DNA of 32,000 nt. It comes from Phycisphaera mikurensis NBRC 102666 (GTDB taxonomy: Bacteria; Planctomycetota; Phycisphaerae; Phycisphaerales; Phycisphaeraceae). The stretch lies in assembly GCF_000284115.1 (NCBI RefSeq), contig NC_017080.1, forward strand, positions 3,480,001-3,512,000, given 5' to 3'. Positions 27,787 through 32,000 of this stretch are shown in pieces; position 1 is the stretch's first letter; each line of letters starts with the position of its first letter. Made by a program: the position numbers and the translations under genes. Below the pieces are notes generated by a model. That model saw only the letters and a program-made list of their open reading frames with translations, was not told the origin of the DNA and ran no database searches.

Positions 27787-28443
27787 TCACATCCCGACGG
27801 CGCTGGCCATCCGCACGAGGGCGGCGAACGACTCCGCGCGCATCTTCACCATCACCCGCGAGCGGTGGGCCTCCACGGTTTTGGGCGAGAGGTCCCGCTC
27901 GGCGGCGATCTCGCGGTTGGACTGCCCCCCGACGACCGCCCGCATCACGTCGAGCTCGCGCGGCGAGAGCGTGGCCAGCCGGGCCTGCACCGCCAGGCGC
28001 GACGGCCGCAGGCGGTCCGCGGAGGCCCCCGGCTTGAACATCTCCTGCACCGCCTCGAGCACGGCGTCGTCGCCGTAGGGCTTCTGAAGGAAGTCGGTGC
28101 AACCCGCTTTGATCGCGCGGACCGCCGTGGGCACGTCGCCGTGGCCGGTCACGATCAGCGTCGGGAGGCTCCGCCCACGCCGCCGCAGCTCATCGAGCAG
28201 GTCCAGGCCCGACTGCCCGGGCATCGCGAGATCGGTGATGACGCAGGCTTCGGTCGCGGCCGCCTCGGAGCCTTCCAGCCGCTCCAGCAGCTCCTCGGCC
28301 GAGGCGTTCCGGCTGGTGCTGAACCCGTCGGCCTCGAGCAGGAAGCACAGCGAGTCGAGCACGGCGGGATCGTCGTCGACGACGTGCACGCGGCCGGGCC
28401 CGGACGGAAGCGGTTTGTCCGCAAATCGAGAAGGGTGCTGCAC
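27787..28443 (-). CDS. FixJ/NarL-type response regulator (receiver + LuxR HTH)
   Basis: 'VHVVDDDPAVLDSLCFLLEADGFS...ACVITDLAMPGQSGLDLLDELRRRG..LPTLIVTGHGDVPTAVRAIKAGCTDFLQKPY...LATLSPRELDVMRAVVGGQSNREIAAERDLSPKTVEAHRSRVMVKM'. GTG start at 28443 preceded by GGAGG with a 6-nt spacer. Confidence 0.9.
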   Translation of the reverse strand: MQHPSRFADKPLPSGPGRVHVVDDDPAVLDSLCFLLEADGFSTSRNASAEELLERLEGSEAAATEACVITDLAMPGQSGLDLLDELRRRGRSLPTLIVTGHGDVPTAVRAIKAGCTDFLQKPYGDDAVLEAVQEMFKPGASADRLRPSRLAVQARLATLSPRELDVMRAVVGGQSNREIAAERDLSPKTVEAHRSRVMVKMRAESFAALVRMASAVGM

Positions 28444-28527
28444 CCGATGCCTCCGGAAGGAGTGATGCGCGATCCCGGAACCCCGGATCGTCGGCCCGAT
28501 GTTAACAGGTCGTTGCTTATGCACACC

Positions 28528-28554
28528 GTGGGGTGGGACAAGCCCCCACCCCAC
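28528..28554. promoter_or_regulatory. Strong intercistronic hairpin (10-bp stem GTGGGGTGGG/CCCACCCCAC, 7-nt loop)
   Basis: Left arm 28528-28537, loop 28538-28544, right arm 28545-28554. Located between the histidine kinase stop (28601) and the response regulator start (28443), both on the minus strand. Confidence 0.55.
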
Positions 28555-28600
28555 CGCCCGCTGCCCGCCGCGGCCGCCCGGGGAAGCGGCACGGCCCCGG

Positions 28601-30094
28601 TCAGCGGTTTTCGTTCCGGGCCGCGGCACGGGGCAGCGTCCTCGGGAGGGTCACCTCCATCGTGAGCCCGTCGCCGGCGTCCGCCGGGATCGCCCGGAGC
28701 GTCCCGCCGTGCGCCCGGACGATGGAGCGGCTGAGGACCAGGCCCAGGCCCAGCCCGTCGCGCCGGGTGGTGTGGAACGCCTCGAACAGGCGGGCCCGCT
28801 CGTCGTCGCTGAGGCGGGGGCCGGTGTCGGTGATCCGGATGCGGATCTCGCCGCCGGATCCGTCGGCCGCGACGCTCACGCGCCGCGCTTTGCTCTGCGA
28901 CGCGGCGTGGATGCCGTTGCTGAGCAGGTTGCGGAGCACCTGCCGCAGGAGCACGCCGTCTCCCTGGAAGCGGATGGCCGCGGGTGCGGGCCGGGCCCGC
29001 AACCCGACCCCCGCCGCCTCCGCCGCCGGTTTCGCCACCGCGAGGGCGTCCCGCACCAGGTCGGGGAGGTGGAGCGGGTCCTGCCGCGGGGCCCGACGCT
29101 GCAGGAAGGAGCGGACGCGGTCGACGATCGATTGTGCCCGCTGCGCCTCGTCGTGGATCCGCTGCGACGCGAACGCCAGCTCCTCGGGCCCCGTGTCCCC
29201 GCGGGCGGCCCGGCGGGCCAGCCCCGCCGCGTAGTTGGTGAGCGCCGCCAGCGGCTGGTTGAGCTCGTGCGCCAGCACCGTCGCCAGCTCGGACATGCTC
29301 AACCGCCGCAGCGTGCTCGCGTCCGCCGCCCGCAGCTCCCCCGCGTCCCGCTCGGCCTCGACGCGGCGCGAGACGTCCCGGTAGACGACGACGATGTCGC
29401 GGCCGGCCGCCCGCGTCCACCGGCTCATGGCTTCCACCTGCCGGTAGCCGCCCGCGGCGTGCCGCATGCGGAAGCGCCGGGAGACCACCCGGTCCGCCTC
29501 GGCGAGCAGCTCGGGCCTGGCGCTGATGACGTCGTCCACGTCGTCGGGGTGGACGAACTCCCGCGGCAGGCGGCCCACCAGCGCCTCGGGCTCGTGGCCG
29601 AGCACGACGCGGACCGCCGGGGACACGTACGTGAAGCGACCGTCTAGGGAATGCCGCGCGATCACGTCGGACGCCTGCTCGGCGAGCAGCCGGAAGCGCT
29701 CCTCCGAGGCCGCCCGCTCCAGCGTGCGGGCGCGGGCGGCGCGGGCGGTCGCGCCGTCGAAGGCGTGGTGACCGGCGGCCACGGCGGCGACGGCCGCCGC
29801 GAGGGCGTCGCAGGCGCCGTGGCCGCCGAGGCGGATCCACCCGCCGTCGTACGGCGCCGCGGCACACCCGGCCGGCGGATCCTCCCCCGCGAGGCGGGCG
29901 CCGCCGGGACCCGCCGCGGCCGCCTCCAGCTCGGCCTCGGGCCCGGAGCGTCCATGCGCGATGGCGATCGAGGCGGCCAGCCCCTCCGCCACCACCGCAT
30001 CCGCCAGCCGCTGCGGCCAGCCCTCGCCGCAGCCCGCGGCCCGAACGGCGGCGGCGAAGGCGGTCAGCGGGTTCGGGGGAGCATCATCAACCAT
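28601..30094 (-). CDS. PAS-domain sensor histidine kinase (FixL-like)
   Basis: PAS 'RFRLLAEQASDVIARHSLDGRFTYVSPAVRVVLGHEPEALVGRLPREFVHPDDVDDV', HisKA 'LSMSELATVLAHELNQPLAALTNYAAGLARR', HATPase 'LLRQVLRNLLSNGIHAA...ITDTGPRLSDDERARLFEAFHTTRRDGLGLGLVLSRSIVRAHGG'. Start at ATG 30094. Confidence 0.92.
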   Translation of the reverse strand: MVDDAPPNPLTAFAAAVRAAGCGEGWPQRLADAVVAEGLAASIAIAHGRSGPEAELEAAAAGPGGARLAGEDPPAGCAAAPYDGGWIRLGGHGACDALAAAVAAVAAGHHAFDGATARAARARTLERAASEERFRLLAEQASDVIARHSLDGRFTYVSPAVRVVLGHEPEALVGRLPREFVHPDDVDDVISARPELLAEADRVVSRRFRMRHAAGGYRQVEAMSRWTRAAGRDIVVVYRDVSRRVEAERDAGELRAADASTLRRLSMSELATVLAHELNQPLAALTNYAAGLARRAARGDTGPEELAFASQRIHDEAQRAQSIVDRVRSFLQRRAPRQDPLHLPDLVRDALAVAKPAAEAAGVGLRARPAPAAIRFQGDGVLLRQVLRNLLSNGIHAASQSKARRVSVAADGSGGEIRIRITDTGPRLSDDERARLFEAFHTTRRDGLGLGLVLSRSIVRAHGGTLRAIPADAGDGLTMEVTLPRTLPRAAARNENR

Positions 30095-30172
30095 CCGGAA
30101 TCTCCTGAGGGTAGAGGACGGCCGAACCTCCGCCGGGGCGGAACGCGCCGGGTCCTCTACGATCGCGGCCGC

Positions 30173-31114
30173 ATGCCGCAGGCACCCCCCGACAGCCAGG
30201 ACGCCTCCCTGCCGGCCGAGCCGGCCCGCCGCCCGCAGCTCGGCTTCGTCTACACGCCGCCGTTCCGCGTGCAGGGCCTCTCGATCGCGGGCGAGGAGAG
30301 CGTCGTCGCCGTGCCCGAGCTGGACGTCTGCTTCGACATCGGCTCGTGCCCCAAGGCCGTGCTGCCCAGCCCCTTCGTCGCGCTGACGCACGGCCACATG
30401 GACCACGTCGCGGGCATCGCGTACTACTTCAGCCAGCGCCCGTTCCAGGGGATGTCCGCCGGGACCGTCGTCTGCCCGCCCAGCCTGCGCGACGGCCTCG
30501 ACGGCCTGATGAAGGCTTGGCAGAAGATCGAGCGGCAGAAGACGCCCTACACGCTCACGCCGCTCGCCGACGGCGAGATGCTCGAGATCAAGAACAACCA
30601 CTTCCTGCGGCCCTTCCGCACCGTGCACACCGTGCCCAGCTCCGGTTACAGCGTGCTGGAGAAGCGGACCAAGCTCAAGCCCAAGCTCGTCGGGATGCCG
30701 CAGGAGGAGATCGTCCGGCGGAAGAACGCCGGCGAGGCGATCGTCGACACCCGCTTCGTCCCGCTGGTCTCCTACACCGGCGACACCGGCTGGGGCGACC
30801 ACCTGCTCATCCCCGAGGTCCTGGAGTGCCGCGTGCTCATCACCGAGTGCACCTTCATGGAACGGGGCCACCGGCGGCGGGCCGGCGTGGGCAAGCACCT
30901 GCACCTGGACCACATCGTCGAACTGGTCGAGCAGGTCGGCGACGAGACGGACGTGATCCTCACGCACCTTTCCCGCCGGACGCACATGAACGATGCGCGG
31001 AAGGCGCTCGCCGGGGCCATCCCCGCCGACAAGCTCGACCGGGTCCACCTGCTGATGGACAGCCGCACCAACCGCGAGCGCTTCGCGCAGCAGCAGGCCC
31101 AAGCGGTGGCCTGA
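30173..31114 (+). CDS. MBL-fold metallo-hydrolase, ribonuclease Z-like
   Basis: 'CFDIGSCPKAVLPSPFVALTHGHMDHVAGIAYYFSQR' (HxHxDH), 'VSYTGDTG', 'VLITECTFMERGHRRRAGVGKHLHLDHIVELVEQ', 'VILTHLSRRT'. Confidence 0.85.
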   Translation: MPQAPPDSQDASLPAEPARRPQLGFVYTPPFRVQGLSIAGEESVVAVPELDVCFDIGSCPKAVLPSPFVALTHGHMDHVAGIAYYFSQRPFQGMSAGTVVCPPSLRDGLDGLMKAWQKIERQKTPYTLTPLADGEMLEIKNNHFLRPFRTVHTVPSSGYSVLEKRTKLKPKLVGMPQEEIVRRKNAGEAIVDTRFVPLVSYTGDTGWGDHLLIPEVLECRVLITECTFMERGHRRRAGVGKHLHLDHIVELVEQVGDETDVILTHLSRRTHMNDARKALAGAIPADKLDRVHLLMDSRTNRERFAQQQAQAVA

Positions 31115-31116
31115 GC

Positions 31117-31938
31117 GTGGGTGCGGTTGCCGTCGCCTTCGCCGGGAAAGCCAACCGCCCCGCCGCCGAAGCCCTGGCCGCGAGGCTGGGCCTCCCGATC
31201 GCCAAGAAGTTCCGCGATCCGCACCCGCTGCACCTGGCGTACGGGCCCGACGGCCGCCTGGGCCTCCGCGTCGTCGCCGCCGGCCACCCGCTCGCCGGCG
31301 GCCACCCCGTCGCCGCCGACCTGCTCGCGGTCGACACCTCCAGCCCCGCCGGCCGCAAGCTCGCCACGCCCTTCTTCAAGGCCATGGGCGTGCGGCGCGG
31401 CGAGCCGGCGCGCCCCCGGGTCCTCGACGCGACCGCCGGCCTCGGCGAGGACGCCTGGCTGCTCGCCAGCGCCGGCTGCCGCGTGACCGCTCTGGAGCGG
31501 AACCCCGTCGTCCTCGCCCTGCTCCAAGACGCCCTGGCCCGCGCCGCGGACCGCGAGCCCGAAACGGCCGAACGCCTCACGGTCCGCGGCGCCGAGGCCC
31601 TCGACGCGCTTCTGGCCCTGGCCGCCGGCCCCGAGGCGGACCGACCCGACGTCGTTGCGCTGGATCCCATGTTCCCGCTCGGCCGCCGCGCCACCGAACG
31701 CAAGCCGATGCGGGTGCTCCGCATGCTCGAGGAGGCCGCCGCCGACCGGGCTGGCTCCGCCGACGACGAGCCCGCCCTGCTCGCCGCCGCCCGCGCCGCC
31801 GCCCGCCGCCGCGTCGCCGTCAAACGCCCCGGCAAGGCCCCTCCGCTCGCCGGGCAAGAGCCCGACGTCGTGTTCCCCGGCAGAGCCGTCCGCCACGACG
31901 TCTACCTCACGCCCGCGGAGACGCCGCGAGCCGGCTGA
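31117..31938 (+). CDS. RsmJ-like class I SAM-dependent methyltransferase (16S rRNA m2G1516 family)
   Basis: 'DLLAVDTSSPAGRKLATPFFKAMGVRRG..RPRVLDATAGLGEDAWLLASAGCRVTALERNPVVLALLQDAL...DVVALDPMFPLGRRATERKPMRVLRML' matches the RsmJ/YhiQ motif pattern (DATAGLGxDA, LDPMxP). GTG start inferred. Confidence 0.78.
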   Translation: MGAVAVAFAGKANRPAAEALAARLGLPIAKKFRDPHPLHLAYGPDGRLGLRVVAAGHPLAGGHPVAADLLAVDTSSPAGRKLATPFFKAMGVRRGEPARPRVLDATAGLGEDAWLLASAGCRVTALERNPVVLALLQDALARAADREPETAERLTVRGAEALDALLALAAGPEADRPDVVALDPMFPLGRRATERKPMRVLRMLEEAAADRAGSADDEPALLAAARAAARRRVAVKRPGKAPPLAGQEPDVVFPGRAVRHDVYLTPAETPRAG

Positions 31939-31969
31939 GCGGCGGGCACCGGCGGTTCCCCCGGACGGG

Positions 31970-31986
31970 CGGCGGCTCAGCCGCCG
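31970..31986 (+). terminator. Candidate terminator hairpin downstream of the RsmJ-like gene
   Basis: CGGCGGC-TCA-GCCGCCG: 7-bp perfect stem with a 3-nt loop, followed by GTTTC. Confidence 0.35.
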
Positions 31987-32000
31987 GTTTCGACCGGGTA

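Noticed and set aside
28601-31102. 833-aa version of the histidine kinase
   Set aside because: The portion upstream of 30094 is antisense to the MBL-fold gene and has no kinase-related content. The ATG at 30094 is the natural start.

Overview
This is a high-GC chromosomal window. Protein style and gene content suggest a planctomycete/Phycisphaerae-like bacterium, but that is inference. It reads mostly as ordinary core metabolism. From left to right: an L-rhamnose catabolism locus (a RhaD/RhaE-type bifunctional aldolase/dehydrogenase running off the left edge, a divergent DeoR regulator and a RhaI-type isomerase); a PfkB-family kinase; a class II fructose-bisphosphate aldolase; a RAYT/IS200-like tyrosine transposase gene next to a short repeat/palindrome region and a frameshifted YdeI/OmdA-type gene remnant; argJ; a proline-rich secreted hypothetical protein; and an SCO1 plus heme-copper oxidase operon (subunits II with C-terminal cytochrome c, I, III with a very large loop insertion, IV-like, and a second III-like). 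These are followed by an operon for a TetR regulator plus a tripartite ABC exporter (permease, ATPase, HlyD-like adaptor, TolC-like protein); a K+/H+ antiporter; a PcnB/CCA-type nucleotidyltransferase; a YggS-type PLP protein; a FixL/FixJ-like two-component pair; an MBL-fold hydrolase; and an RsmJ-like methyltransferase. I saw no CRISPR array, tRNA, rRNA or prophage. I found no convincing completely undescribed system. The most interesting items are the RAYT-adjacent repeats, the ~230-aa insertion in COX3, the A2-type caa3 signature, the candidate TetR operator and the intercistronic hairpin between the kinase and regulator genes.
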